Source: Octopus sinensis (taxonomy: Eukaryota). Taken from it: 64,000 nt of DNA. A program made the translations under genes and the position numbers. The notes beneath the pieces were generated by a model that worked only from the letters and a program-made list of their open reading frames with translations, was not told the origin of the DNA and did not search any database. Shown one piece after another: positions 1-12,247 of this stretch; the stretch's first letter is position 1; each line of letters starts with the position of its first letter. The DNA lies in assembly GCF_006345805.1 (NCBI RefSeq), contig NC_043024.1:14756001-14820000 (forward strand), given 5' to 3'.

Positions 1-127
1 TTTTTGTAAGCCCAGTACTTATTCTATCGGTTTCTTTTGCTGAACCGCTAAGTGACGGGGACGTAAACACACCAGCATCGGTTGTCAAGCAATGCTAGGG
101 GGACAAACACAGACACACAAACATACA

Positions 128-173
<46 letters not shown>

Positions 174-339
174 TACGACAGTCTTCTTTCAGTTTCCATC
201 TACCAAATCCACTTACAAGGCTTTGGTCGGCCTGGGGCTATAGCAGAAGACACTTGCCCAAGGTGCCACGCAGTGGGACTGAACCCAGAACCATGTGGTT
301 GGTTAGCAAGCTACTTACAACACAGCCACTCCTGTGCCT
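1..339 (-). mobile_element. SINE family A (tRNA-like head ggcgcaggagtggctgtgtgg, internal (TA)n), cut by window start
   Basis: Pol III B-box gggttcagtccc; about 19 copies in the window; resembles published octopus SINEs, exact family name not verifiable. Confidence 0.85.
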
Positions 340-680
340 ACTAGTGAACATTCATATTTGCATTTTGGACACGGACACACACATGGATGGATTACATGCA
401 GTGATTGTCTAAGGGAGAAAGAAAGAGTGAAGTTGGGAGGATTTCAGGTTGTCTCTCTCTCCCTTCATTGATCTCAGTTTCTCTTTGTTTTCTCTTTTCC
501 CCCTTGCTCAGATTTCTGCACGGGTCAGATCATCAGCTTCCCTTAATCCAGTGGCCATCACCTCATCAGTATTGCAACCCTGTCTCCCACCCATTTTTGG
601 AATGGCAGTCAAATTTGCACCTCTACCTCCTCCGTGGGTGGGGTGCCAACGCCCTTGTCAAACATTGCTCTAGTCCCATA

Positions 681-892
681 TTTATTTCTTTACTTCCCAC
701 AGAGAGGACAAACAAGGACAAACAAATGGATTAAGTCGATTGTATCGACCCCAGTGCATAACTGGTATTTATTTAATCGACCCCGAAAGGATGAAAGGCA
801 AAATTGACCTTGGCGGAATTTGAACTCAGAACGGAACAGCAGACAAAGTACCGCTAAGCATTTCGCCCGGTGTGCTAACGTTTCTGCCAGTT
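681..892 (-). mobile_element. SINE family B (Meta-domain-like core gcctttcatcctttcggggtcgataaattaagtacc)
   Basis: 11-bp TSD ctagtcccata; B-box gagttcaaattcc. Confidence 0.85.
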
Positions 893-1187
893 CTAGTCCC
901 ATACTGTGTGATCCAACCTCTTATACCCACAGGAAACTAGCTGCAGCACATGTGCCACCACCAGCAGGCATAAGAAAGGGAGGAACTGTTCAGGATGTGG
1001 CTGTTTCCATCATCTCTCTTGCACCAGCCTGATACAGTGGCCCTTGAGTGTGCTCTCAATGTGGGGAGACAGAAGCTGTTAATTTACCCCCTCAGCCACA
1101 CAGTAGCAGCCATCCCCCACACCCTCAGATGAGACAGCATGTCTGTCTGATTTCCAACGCTCACTGGTCAACCTCACCTGGCTCAGG

Positions 1188-1675
1188 AGGCTTCATAATA
1201 TCCCTCTTAAGGTCCTGAAAACAGCCCAGTTGCTAGTGGCTGATACCTTTGCATCCTCAGTCGAGAAAGCTCTAAAATCTGGTCGACCACGTAATTGGGA
1301 TCAACTGTTTTATTTTGCTCTGCTTGTTCTTGGTCTCCCCAACACTGTCACCAAATGAGACAGCCTATCAACAATGGCCCTAGACAAGGCCAACATCTCG
1401 TCCTGGAGCAGACGTCCATACCTAGATTGTCTGAACATACTGCACACCACTCGTTCTTGCACCTACTGACCTCCACCCCTAACACTGGCTCAAAGTGTCT
1501 ACACACCCATGTAAATGCCAAACTTATCAAGGGCAACATCTCAGCAGTTATTAGAGTAGTCACCTCTGATGACACTACTCTCTACCCTACCGAAGAGGTC
1601 CTGGCTGTCCTCTAAATCAAACATACTGACCCACCTGCAGACCTCAGACCCATACCTCCAATCAACTTCCAACAG
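1188..1675 (+). mobile_element. CRE-like (RLE) non-LTR retrotransposon fragment, pre-RT region
   Basis: Reading through stops and a frameshift: ...WDQLFYFALLVLGLP...AKLIKGNISAVIRVVTSDDTTLYPTEEVLAVL*IKHTDPPADLRP. Resembles the KLxxGDxxGAVRxLxSxD...KHP motif; recognised from memory. Confidence 0.55.
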
Positions 1676-1702
1676 AAATGGATGTCACTCATGGTTCTAA
1701 AT

Positions 1703-1950
1703 GTCCCAACCATCCCATCTAGAATGAGTAATATGTATTGCAATAGCTTGGGATTCAAAGGTCAATGGCTATTTAATATCTAGCCCAAAAATCTGAGCGG
1801 TTTACATGGAGTAGGGGTAGATGTTTTCAATAAACAACTTGACCTTCTGTTGTCCAAGATTCCAGATGAAGCGATATCATATCAAGAAACTCAAGAGGGG
1901 GGAGCAATATCAATCCTTGTTGTTCACCAAAAGCCAATCACAAGAGATTG
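1703..1950 (+). mobile_element. CR1-like LINE ORF2 C-terminal fragment
   Basis: YCNSLGFKGQWLFNI*PKNLSGLHGVGVDVFNKQLDLLLSKIPDE. Confidence 0.7.
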
Positions 1951-2094
1951 ACCATTGAAAAGATGATGCCAGCATTGCTCCAGCATGGCCACAGCATTTG
2001 GGCTGAAATGCATAAAAGAGTAAAAGAATATATTTATTTATACATATCCATTTATATAATATATATATACATACACACACAAGTGGCAGCTGTC

Positions 2095-2490
2095 TGGCTT
2101 CAATGCCGGTGGCACATAAAAAGAACCATTTGCATGTGACTGTTACCTGCATCGCCTTACTGGCACTTGTGCCTGTGGCATGTAAACAAAACATTCGAGC
2201 GAGGTCATTACTAGTGCCGCTGGACTGACTCCTGTGCAGGTGGCACATAAAAAACACCATTTCGAGCATGACCATTGCCAGTACCACCAGACTGGCCCTC
2301 GTGCCAGTGGAACGTTAAAAGCACCCACTACACTCTCGGAGTGGTTGGCATTAGGAAGGACATGCAGCTGTAGAAACTCTGCCAGATCGGATTGGAGCCT
2401 GGCGTAGCCATCTGGTTCGCCAGACCTCAGTCAAATCGTCCAACCCATGCTAGCATGGAAAGCAGACATTAAACGATGATGATGATGATG
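2095..2490 (+). mobile_element. RTE 3' UTR / (GAT)n tail copy
   Basis: Matches 46340-46680. Confidence 0.75.
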
Positions 2491-2514
2491 TATATATACA
2501 TACATATATATATA

Positions 2515-2576
<62 letters not shown>

Positions 2577-2578
<2 letters not shown>

Positions 2579-2826
2579 GAAATATTAAAATTACTAAGTC
2601 TCTCTAAAAGAGATTATGGCAGCGTTACTGGAAATTAATTGTTATCGCCATATTAATATGGCAGTCTTATAGATTTAAGACTAAAAGCTGTCGCTGATTA
2701 GCTCCATGAGGCCATCGCCTTAAGATAGCTTTTTGACACACAAACTGTGTCCATTATAACCTTCGAACAAGCTTTTAGTCTTAAATCTATAAGACTGCCA
2801 TATTAATATGGCAATAACAATTAATA
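2577..2826. mobile_element. Deleted foldback member of the 35672 family, lacking the HHR
   Basis: Shares gattagct..ggccatcgcc..tgtgtccattataaccttcgaaca and ctaagtctctctaaa; inverted repeat of about 56 bp (2634-2690, 2770-2825). Confidence 0.6.
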
Positions 2827-2848
2827 TATATATATATATATATATATA

Positions 2849-4303
2849 TTAGGTTGTCCAGAAACTTCTGAGTATTTTTAATTTAAATGTTTTAATGCTT
2901 CATCGAACACACCTGAAATGTAACACAGTTGAAACTTTGACATTGCTTGAAGTGGTGGTTCATCTCTTCTTTGTTCCCGACTAAAAATAGATTTATCTTT
3001 CATTCTGTTCACCCTTTACTAATATTTGAAATGGTTAACCAAAAATTTCATATTCATGTTGTAAAGCTTTTCTTTGTTTTAAAAGAAAAAGGAGAAAATA
3101 CTGCAAAGACTCGCAAAAACATTTGTGAAGTTTTATGGAGATGGGATGGATGGAAGCACTCCGTCGGTTACGACGACGAGGGTTCCGGTTGATCCGATCA
3201 ACGGAACAGCCTGCTCGTGAAATTAACGTGTAAGTGGCTGAGCACTCCACAGACACGTGTACCCTTAACGTAGTTCTCAGGGATATTCAGCATGACACAG
3301 AGAGTGACAAGGCCGGCCCTTTGAAATACAGGTACAACAGAAACAGGAAGTAAGAGTGAGAGAAAGTTGTGGTGAAAGAGTACAGCAGGGATCACCACCA
3401 TCCCCTGCCGGAGCCTCGTGGAGCTTTTAGGTGTTTTCGCTCAATAAACACTCACAACGCCCGGTCTGGGAATCGAAACCGCGATCCTACGACCACGAGT
3501 CCGCTGCCCTAACCACTAGGCCATTGCGCCTACTTTATGGAGATGATGCTGTAGATTAATCAACTGTTTGAAGGTGGTTTGCAAAATTTAAAGCTGGAAA
3601 ATTTAGCTTGGAAGATGAGAGTCACAGAGGATGACCTTCAAAATTAGATGATGTTTTGGAGACAAAAATCAAAGAAAACTCAAATATCGTGACTAGAGAA
3701 CTTGCAGAGGAGTTGGAAGTATCTAAAAGTATGGTTCGTGAACACCTGCTGAAGCTAGGATACATTTCTTGCTATAATGTATGGATCTCTCACAAACTCT
3801 CAGAAAAGAATTGCTTGGACCAGTATTCCATTTGTGATATGCTTTTAAAATAGAATGAAAGCATGCCTTTCTTCAAACAACTTGTGACTACAGATGAAAA
3901 ATAGATTGTATATGAAAACGTAGTGGTAAAAAGATCCTGGAGTTTGCATAAGGATCCCCCAAAACAGCAACCAAAGACAAATTTGCATGCCAAAAAAAGC
4001 TATGCTCTGTGTTTGGTGGGATCATAAAGGCATTATTCATTATGAGCTTCTCCCACAAAACTAGAACATTAATTCTGATGTGTACTGTCGTCAGCTGCCT
4101 AATGGAGTCAAAATGCATCTAGATAACTTTTTTTTCAAAACTTACATTAATGGAATATTTAAATTGCCTGATAGATGGGCAAAGGTCATTAATAATAATT
4201 ATAATAATAGAAATTATTTCATTGAATAGAATTTATTGAAAGATAATTATTTATATCCCTTTTTGCATATTAAAAAATGCTCAGAACTTTCCAAATAACC
4301 TAA
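2849..4303 (+). mobile_element. Degenerate mariner transposon with internal deletion and a nested SINE
   Basis: Imperfect ~30-bp TIRs (ttaggttgtccagaaacttctgag), TA flanks; remnants TRELAEEL...VTTDEK*I...MLCVWWD. Confidence 0.85.
3144..3533 (-). mobile_element. SINE family C (head ggaggcgcaatggcccagtgg), tail type 1
   Basis: 12-bp TSD tttatggagatg; inside the mariner; A-box tggcccagtgg, B-box gtttcgattccc. Confidence 0.88.
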
Positions 4304-4317
4304 TATATATATGTGTG

Positions 4318-4352
<35 letters not shown>

Positions 4353-4359
<7 letters not shown>

Positions 4360-4649
4360 AAGAAGTAAATATATGGCACAACGAAGTACCGATAATTTCT
4401 GGAAATAGCGAACGTAATAATACGACGCTAATGTATAGCTTCACCGCGTATGTACTAGCAAAAATGCGTGTGTGCAACAAACTAGAAAGAATTTTTTCTT
4501 CTTGTTTTTAGCCTTTCTAGTTTGTTGCACACACGCATTTTTGCTAGTACATACGCGGTGAAGCTATACATTAGCGTTGTATTATTATGTTCGCTATTTC
4601 CAGTAAATATCAGTACTTCGTTGTGCCATATATTTACTTCTTTGTATAT
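4353..4649. repeat. Long inverted repeat, 137-bp arms, 23-nt loop
   Basis: 4353-4489 is the reverse complement of 4513-4649 with few mismatches. Confidence 0.92.
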
Positions 4650-4702
4650 TTTTCCCTCACGGGCTATTCTCTACTGGAAAGCAATACTCTAGTATTGCAT
4701 TA

Positions 4703-4747
<45 letters not shown>

Positions 4748-4756
4748 TATATATAA

Positions 4757-4788
<32 letters not shown>

Positions 4789-4869
4789 ATGAAGTAAAAA
4801 CAGCTTAAGTATTATAAATATTATTAAATACATATATTAATGTATATACACAAAGCATATATATTAGTA

Positions 4870-5110
4870 TCATCATCATCATTATCATCATCATCATCAT
4901 TTAACGTCCGTTGTCCATGCTAGCATGGGTTGGACGATTTGACTGGACTGGCATTCTGGAAGGCCGCACCAGACTCCAGTCTGATTCAGCATGGTTTTCT
5001 ATGGTTGGATGCTCTTCCTAGTGACAACCACTCTGAAATTGTAAAGGCTGCTTTTATGTGCCACAGGCACGGGTGCCATTTGTGTCACCGAGGTGTGTTT
5101 ACATGCCATC
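4870..5110 (-). mobile_element. RTE 3' UTR / (GAT)n tail copy
   Basis: (cat)n ttaacgtccg...ccatgctagcatgggttggacg. Confidence 0.7.
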
Positions 5111-5360
5111 AGCTTTTATTTTGTATCACAGTATGGATAAGTTGCGAGAGGAAGGCTAACAAAAAGTGATGTATGGTCAGAGGGTGTCAAAATGGATTTG
5201 CAAATCCTAATGAACCTCAAAAACCACAGAGCCATATCAGAAATGTGCCCAATAGAATACATGAGTTGTATTAATGATACATTTGGCATAGAAAGAATTA
5301 CTTGAATTGGTTGCCTTGATGAACTGGAAAGGCTAAGCAAAAAACAAGAAGATAAAATAT

Positions 5361-6282
5361 CAAGAAATCCCAGTTTCCATAACACTAACAAGAAATTCCA
5401 GTTTCCATAACACTACCAAGAAATTCCAGATTCCATAACACTACCAAGAAATTCCAGTTTCCATAACACTACCAAGAAATCCCAGTTTCCATAACACTAC
5501 CAAGAAATTCCAGTCTCCATAACACTACCAAGAAATTCCAGTTTCCATAACACTACCAAGAAATTCCAGTTTCCATAACACTACCAAGAAATTCCAGTTT
5601 CCATAACACTACCAAGAAATTCCAGTTTCCATAACACTACCAAGAAATTCCAGATTCCATAACACTACCAAGAAATTCCAGTTTCCATAACACTACCAAG
5701 AAATCCCAGTTTCCATAACACTACCAAGAAATCCCAGTTTCCATAACACTACCAAGAAATTCCAGTTTCCATAACACTACCAAGAAATTCCAGTTTCCAT
5801 AACACTACCAAGAAATGCCAGTTTCCATAACACTACCAAGAAATTCCAGTCTCCATAACACTACCAAGAAATTCCAGATTCCATAACACTACCAAGAAAT
5901 TCCAGTTTCCATAACACTACCAAGAAATTCCAGTTTCCATAACACTACCAAGAAATTCCAGTTTCCATAACACTACCAAGAAATTCCAGATTCCATAACA
6001 CTACCAAGAAATTCCAGTTTCCATAACACTACCAAGAAATCCCAGTTTCCATAACACTACCAAGAAATCCCAGTTTCTATAACACTACCAAGAAATTCCA
6101 GTTTCCATAACACTACCAAGAAATTCCAGTTTCCATAACACTACCAAGAAATTCCAGTTTCCATAACACTACCAAGAAATTCCAGTTTCCATAACACTAC
6201 CAAGAAATTCCAGTTTCCATAACACTACCAAGAAATTCCAGTTTCCATAACACTACCAAGAAATCCCAGTTTCCATAACACT
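5361..6282. repeat. 28-bp minisatellite, ~33 copies
   Basis: Unit ccaagaaattccagtttccataacacta. Confidence 0.97.
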
Positions 6283-7582
6283 GGAAATGGCAAGTGAAAT
6301 ATACTGAATGTTAGAAATAGTTGGCAAACAGCTTGTTCCTTAACAGGGATTATCTTCAGTATCCCACCATCATCACACAATAAGGAAGAAATAATATTTG
6401 TATTTGAAAACCAACTAATCATCAGTGAAAACACAAAAGAATATGAAAGAAACAAATCTCAAAGAAGGTAGATTCAACAGACAACAATAAAAACAGTGAG
6501 GCAGAACAATTTCTTCAGAATGGCATTGATATCCCCTACTCAGGAAAATAATGAAGAAAATGCTGATATGACAAACATAACTAAGATTGACCACTCTTTG
6601 AAGATCAAACAAGTAAATAGACAAAATTTTACATCTGTGGTGCCACAAGAAGCTAGAAAAATTAAAAAAAAAAAACTGGCTTAGAATATAAACAACATTC
6701 AAAAGATTTACTATTAGTAAAATTAAAACTATGACATTATACCAAATTTAAGAAAGATTACTCCTCAAGACAGTCAGAATTTTTAAGCACCAGTGTCTCA
6801 AAAACTGCTTACCTGTACATTCGGTTGCACTTGTACACAAGTTGAGAAATGGTTAAACAGAAACTGGGACATGGAGCCTTCTTTCTCAACCAAACCAGTC
6901 ATCTTTTGTGCTTTTGTTCTTTTTAATTATATCTGGTTTTAATTATTGTGTATATCATTATACTTTTTTTTACTTATTTCCATACATGTACATATATGTA
7001 TTTACGTGTTTGTACATTCATATATGTATGTGTGTGTAAATAAATGTATATACATGTATGTATGTATCAACATTATCGTCATCATATTTAATGTCCGTGT
7101 TCCAGGATGACATGGGCCATTTGCATTGACAATATCCAATGCATCCAAGGACCGCATCATATTTCAATGTCTGTTTTGGCACGAATTCTATGAACTGAAT
7201 GTCTTTCCTAATGCCTACCACTTTGCAGCATGGGCCGGGTGCTATTTTCATGCCACTTGTACTATTGAGATTGCCAGGCAGCTCACAGAGCTTCAAAACC
7301 CTGGGAGGATTAGTCAGCCTCATCCTTGTGGATGAGAGGTGATTCAACTGTGAGAAGGGAGAGAGACTGTAGAGGTTCTTGTAGAAGAATCCACATGGCT
7401 ACATTGAGATAGTAGGAGAAAGAGGATGAGAGAAAGAGAAAATGACCAGTAGGGGCTCCAAGAGATAGATAAAGGCAATGATGTGTCTAGATGGCCCCAT
7501 GTATGGGTAGGAGAATGAGGAAAGGAGATGGGGAGGCAGACTACAAGAAAGGGCAGATGAGCAGAAACTGAATTGTTATGGC

Positions 7583-7995
7583 AAGGCGGCGAGCTGGCAG
7601 AATCGTTAGCATGACAGGCGAGATGCTTAGCAGTATTTTGTCTGCCATTACGTTCTGAGTTCAAATTCCACCAAGGTCGACTTTGCCTTTCGTCCTTTCA
7701 GGGTCGATAAATTAAGTACCAGTTACACACTGGGGTCGATGTAATCGACTTAATCCCTTTGTCTGTCCTTGTTTGTCCCCTATATGTTTAGCCCCTTGTG
7801 CGTAGTAAAGAAATAGGTATTTCGTCTGTCATGTTCTGAGTTCAAATTCCGCCAAGGTTGACTTTGCCTTTCATCCTTTCAGGGTCGATTAAATAAGTAC
7901 CAGTTACGCACTGGGGTCGATGTAATCGACTTAATCCCTTTGTCTGTCCTTGTTTGTCCTCTCTGTGTTTAGCCCCTTGTGGGCAATAAAGAAAT
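7583..7995 (+). mobile_element. SINE family B with tandem second body
   Basis: 17-bp TSD aagaaagggcagatgag. Confidence 0.85.
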
Positions 7996-8219
7996 AAGAA
8001 AGGGCAGATGAGTACCATGAATTAGAAAACAGAGAATTATGCAGAGAGTTGGGAAGGTCAAGTAGCAAGAGGAGTAAAGAGGATTTAGCTGTTAGTGGGA
8101 AGGACAAGAGAGGGAGATGGTAATGTGGTTGGTAATCTTCAGGAGCCAGGGTGACAAGGAGAAGAGGCAAACCTAGTGCATGGTAGGAGGGGATTAGTCA
8201 TTATAATAATGTAGAGGGA

Positions 8220-11200
8220 GATCACACTACATAGCAGTTCCAGTACTCAGTTTTGCTGACCAAGGCCTTAACCACTTCACCACTTGTCTTCTTAAGCTGG
8301 GGTCTCCCTTTTCCACAAGATCCAGCCACATAGAATAATCAGCACTTGTTTATACATCTATTCTCATCCACACCCATCATGTATCCATAACAATTCAGTT
8401 TTCTTTCTTGCACACAACTGATTCCTCTAATGCCCACTTACTTTGCTCAGCCCCTTTGTGCTATTTCTTTCTTGCACACAACTGATTCCTCTAATGCCCA
8501 CTTACTTTGCTCAGCCCCTTTGTGCTATTTCTTTCTTGCACACAACTGATTCCTCTAATGCCCACTTACTTTGCTCAGCCCCTTTGTGCTATTTCTTTCT
8601 TGCACACAACTGATTCCTCTAATGCCCATTTACTTTGCTGAGCCCCTTTGTGCTATTTCTTTCTTGCACACAACTGATCCCTCTAATGCCCACTTACTTT
8701 GCTCAGCCACTTAATGCTATTTCTTTCTTGCACACAACTGGTTCCTCTAATGCCCACTTACTTTGATCAGCCCCTTAATGCTATTTCTTTCTTGCACACA
8801 ACTGATTCCTCTAATGCCCACTTACTTTGCTCAGCCCCTTACTGCTATTTCTTTCTTGCACACAACTGGTTCCTCTAATGGCCACTTACTTTGATCGGTC
8901 CCTTTGTACTATTTCTTTCTTGCACACAACTGATTCCTCTAATGCCCACTTACTTTGCTCAGCCCCTTAGTGCTATTTCTTTCTTGCACACAACTGTTTC
9001 CTCTATTGCCCACTTACTTTGCTCAGCCCCTTTGTGCTATTTCTTTCTTGCACACAACTGATTCCTCTAATGCCCACTTACTTTGCTCAGCCTCTTCCTG
9101 CTATTTCTTTCTTGCACACAAGTGATTCTTCTAATGCCCACTTACTTTGCTCAGCCCCTTAGTGCTATTTCTTTCTTGCACACAACTGATTCCTCTAATG
9201 CCCACTTACTTTGCCCAGCCCCTTAGTGCTATTTCTTTCTTGCACACAACTGATTCCTCTAATGCCCACTTACTTTACTCAGCCCCTTTGTGCTATTTCT
9301 TTCTTGCACACAACTGATTCCTCTAATGTCCACTTACTTTGCTCAGCCCCTTAGTGCTATTTCTTTCTTGCACACAACTGATTCCTCTATTGCCCACTTA
9401 CTTTGCTCAGCCCCTTAGTGCTATTTCTTTCTTGCACACAACTGATTCCTCTAATGCCCACTTACTTTGCTCAATCCCCTTAGTGCTATTTCTTTCTTGC
9501 ACACAACTGATTCCTCTAATGCCCAGTTATCTTGCTGAGCCCCTTTGTGCTATTTCTTTCTTGCACACAACTGATTCCTCTAATGCCTACTTACTTTGCT
9601 CAGCCCCTTTGTGCTATTTCTTTCTTGCACATAACTGATTCCTCTAATGCCCATTTACTTTGCTCAGCCCCTTTGTGCTATTTCTTTCTTGTACATAACT
9701 GATTCCTCTAATGCCCACTTACTTTGCTCAGCCCCTTTGTGCTATTTCTTTCTTGCACATAACTGATTCCTCTAATGCCCACTTACTTTGCTCAGCCCCT
9801 TTGTGCTATTTCTTTCTTGCACATAACTGATTCCTCTAATGCCCACTTACTTTGCTCAGCCCCTTTGTGCTATTTCTTTCTTGCACACAACTGATTCCTC
9901 TAATGCCCACTTACTTTGCTTAGCCCCTTTGTGCTATTTCTTTCTTGCACACAACTAATTCCTCTAATGCCCACTTACTTTCCTCAGCCCCTTTGTGCTA
10001 TTTCTTTCTTGCACACAACTGATTCCTCTAATGCCCACTTACTTTGCTCAGCCCCTTTGTGCTATTTCTTTCTTGCACATAACTGATTCCTCTAATGCCC
10101 ACTTACTTTGCTCAGCCCCTTTGTGCTATTTCTTTCTTGCACACAACTGATTCCTCTAATGCCCACTTACTTTGCTCAGCCCCTTTGTGCTATTTCTTTC
10201 TTGCACACAACTGATTCCTCTAATGCCCACTTACTTTGCTCAGCCCCTTTCTGCTATATCTTTCTTGCACATAACTGATTCCTCTAATGCCCACTTACTT
10301 TGCTCAGCCCCTTTGTGCTATTTCTTTCTTGCACACAACTGATTCCTCTAATGCCCACTTACTTTGCTCAGCCCCTTTGTGCTATTTCTTTCTTGCACAC
10401 AACTGATTCCTCTAATGCCCACTTACTTTGCTCAGCCCCTTTGTGCTATTTCTTTCTTGCACACAACTGATTCCTCTAATGCCCACTTACTTTGCTCAGC
10501 CCCTTTGTGCTATTTCTTTCTTGCACACAACTGATTCCTCTAATGCCTACTTACTTTGCTCAGCCCCTTTGTGCTATTTCTTTCTTGCACACAACTGATT
10601 CATCTAATGCCCACTTACTTTGCTCAGCCCCTTTGTGCTATTTCTTTCTTGCACATAACTGATTCCTCTAATGCCCACTTACTTTGCTCAGCCCCTTTGT
10701 GCTATTTCTTTCTTGCACACAACTGATTCCTCTAACGCCCACTTACTTTGCTCAGCCCCTTTGTGCTATTTCTTTCTTGCACACAACTGATTCCTCTAAT
10801 GCCCACTTACTTTGCTCAGCCCCTTTGTGCTATTTCTTTCTTGCACACAACTGATTCCTCTAATGCCCACTTACTTTGCTCAGCCCCTTTGTGCTATTTC
10901 TTTCTTGCACATAACTGATTCCTCTAATGCCCACTTACTTTGCTCAGCCCCTTGTGCTATTTCTTTCTTGCACATAACTGATTCCTCTAATGCCCACTTA
11001 CTTTGCTCAGCCCCTTTGTGCTATTTCTTTCTTGCACATAACTGATTCCTCTAATGCCCACTTACTTTGCTCAGCCCCTTTGTGCTATTTCTTTCTTGCA
11101 CATAACTGATTCCTCTAATGCCCACTTACTTTGCTCGGCCCCTTTGTGCTATTTCTTTCTTGCACACTACTGATTCCTCTAATGCCCACTTACTTTGCTC

Positions 11201-12165
11201 AGCCCCTTACTGCTATTTCTTTCTTGCACACAACTGATTCCTCTAATGCCCACTTACTTTGCTCAGCCCCTTTGTGCTATTTCTTTCTTGCACACAACTG
11301 ATTCCTCCAATGCCCACTTACTTTGCTCAGCCCCTTTGTGCTATTTCTTTCTTGCACACAACTGATTCCTCTAATGACCACTTACTTTGCTCAGCCCCTT
11401 TGTGCTATTTCTTTCTTGCACACAACTGATTCCTCTAATGCCCACTTACTTTGCTCAGCCCCTTAGTGCTATTTCTTTCTTGCACACAACTGATTCCTCT
11501 AATGACCACTTACTTTGCTCAACCCCTTAGTGCTATTTCTTTCTTGCACACAACTGATTCCTCTAATGCCCAGTTATTTTGCTCAGCCCCTTTGTGCTAT
11601 TTCTTTCTTGCACACAACTGATTCCTCTAATGCCCACTTACTTTGCTCAGCCCCTTTGTGCTATTTCTTTCTTGCACATAATTGATTCCTCTAATGCCCA
11701 CTTATTTTGCTCAGCCCCTTTGTGCTATTTCTTTCTTGCACATAATTGATTCCTCTAATGCCCACTTATTTTGCTCAGCCCCTTTGTGCTATTTCTTTCT
11801 TGCACACTCACATTGCACATCCAGCAGACCATGCTCCCTTCATTTCTTTCTAGTCTTCTCAGGTCCTCTACATTCAACACCCATATCTCACTACTATGCA
11901 GCATTGCCGTTCTAACACAAGTATCACACACTCTGCCCTTCACTCTTTTGAAAAGACCTTTATTGTTAGCAGTGGTAGTAGCTCATTGAACTTTTTCCAA
12001 CCTGTTTTTACTCTGGCTACTATACTTTCAGAGTGACCATTTCCCTTATTAATTACATCTCCTAGGTAACAAAAGTTGTCAACTACTTCTAGTGAGCCAT
12101 TTGAACATTTAAGAGATTCAGTTTCCAGTGTCCTCATATGAAATAATCCGGTGCAGTGCATATGA
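8220..12165 (-). mobile_element. RTE LINE ORF2 3' region split by a 3.4-kb minisatellite
   Basis: 11808-12165 encodes VDNFCYLGD...GWKKFNELLPLL...AMLHSSEIW...WMCNVSV; 8220-8405 encodes VQERKLNCYGYM...CGKG; collinear with the RTE at 45825. Confidence 0.8.
8400..11807. repeat. 64-bp minisatellite, ~53 copies (RTE-derived)
   Basis: Unit gcacacaactgattcctctaatgcccacttactttgctcagcccctttgtgctatttctttctt; period 8410 to 8474. Confidence 0.98.
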
Positions 12166-12247
12166 AGCTTACATTTTTGGATGATTTACAAGTGATTCCA
12201 CTATATCTCTTGTGTGTCCATAGCTTACACTTTCTCTCTCACTCTAT

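Noticed and set aside
5132-5360. Possible exon after the ttttgtatcacag acceptor
   Set aside because: Stops occur early in all three frames.
8400-11807. CRISPR-like appearance of the regular arrays (also 5361, 20223, 62098)
   Set aside because: Units are head-to-tail with no unique spacers, no cas genes are present, and the DNA is eukaryotic.
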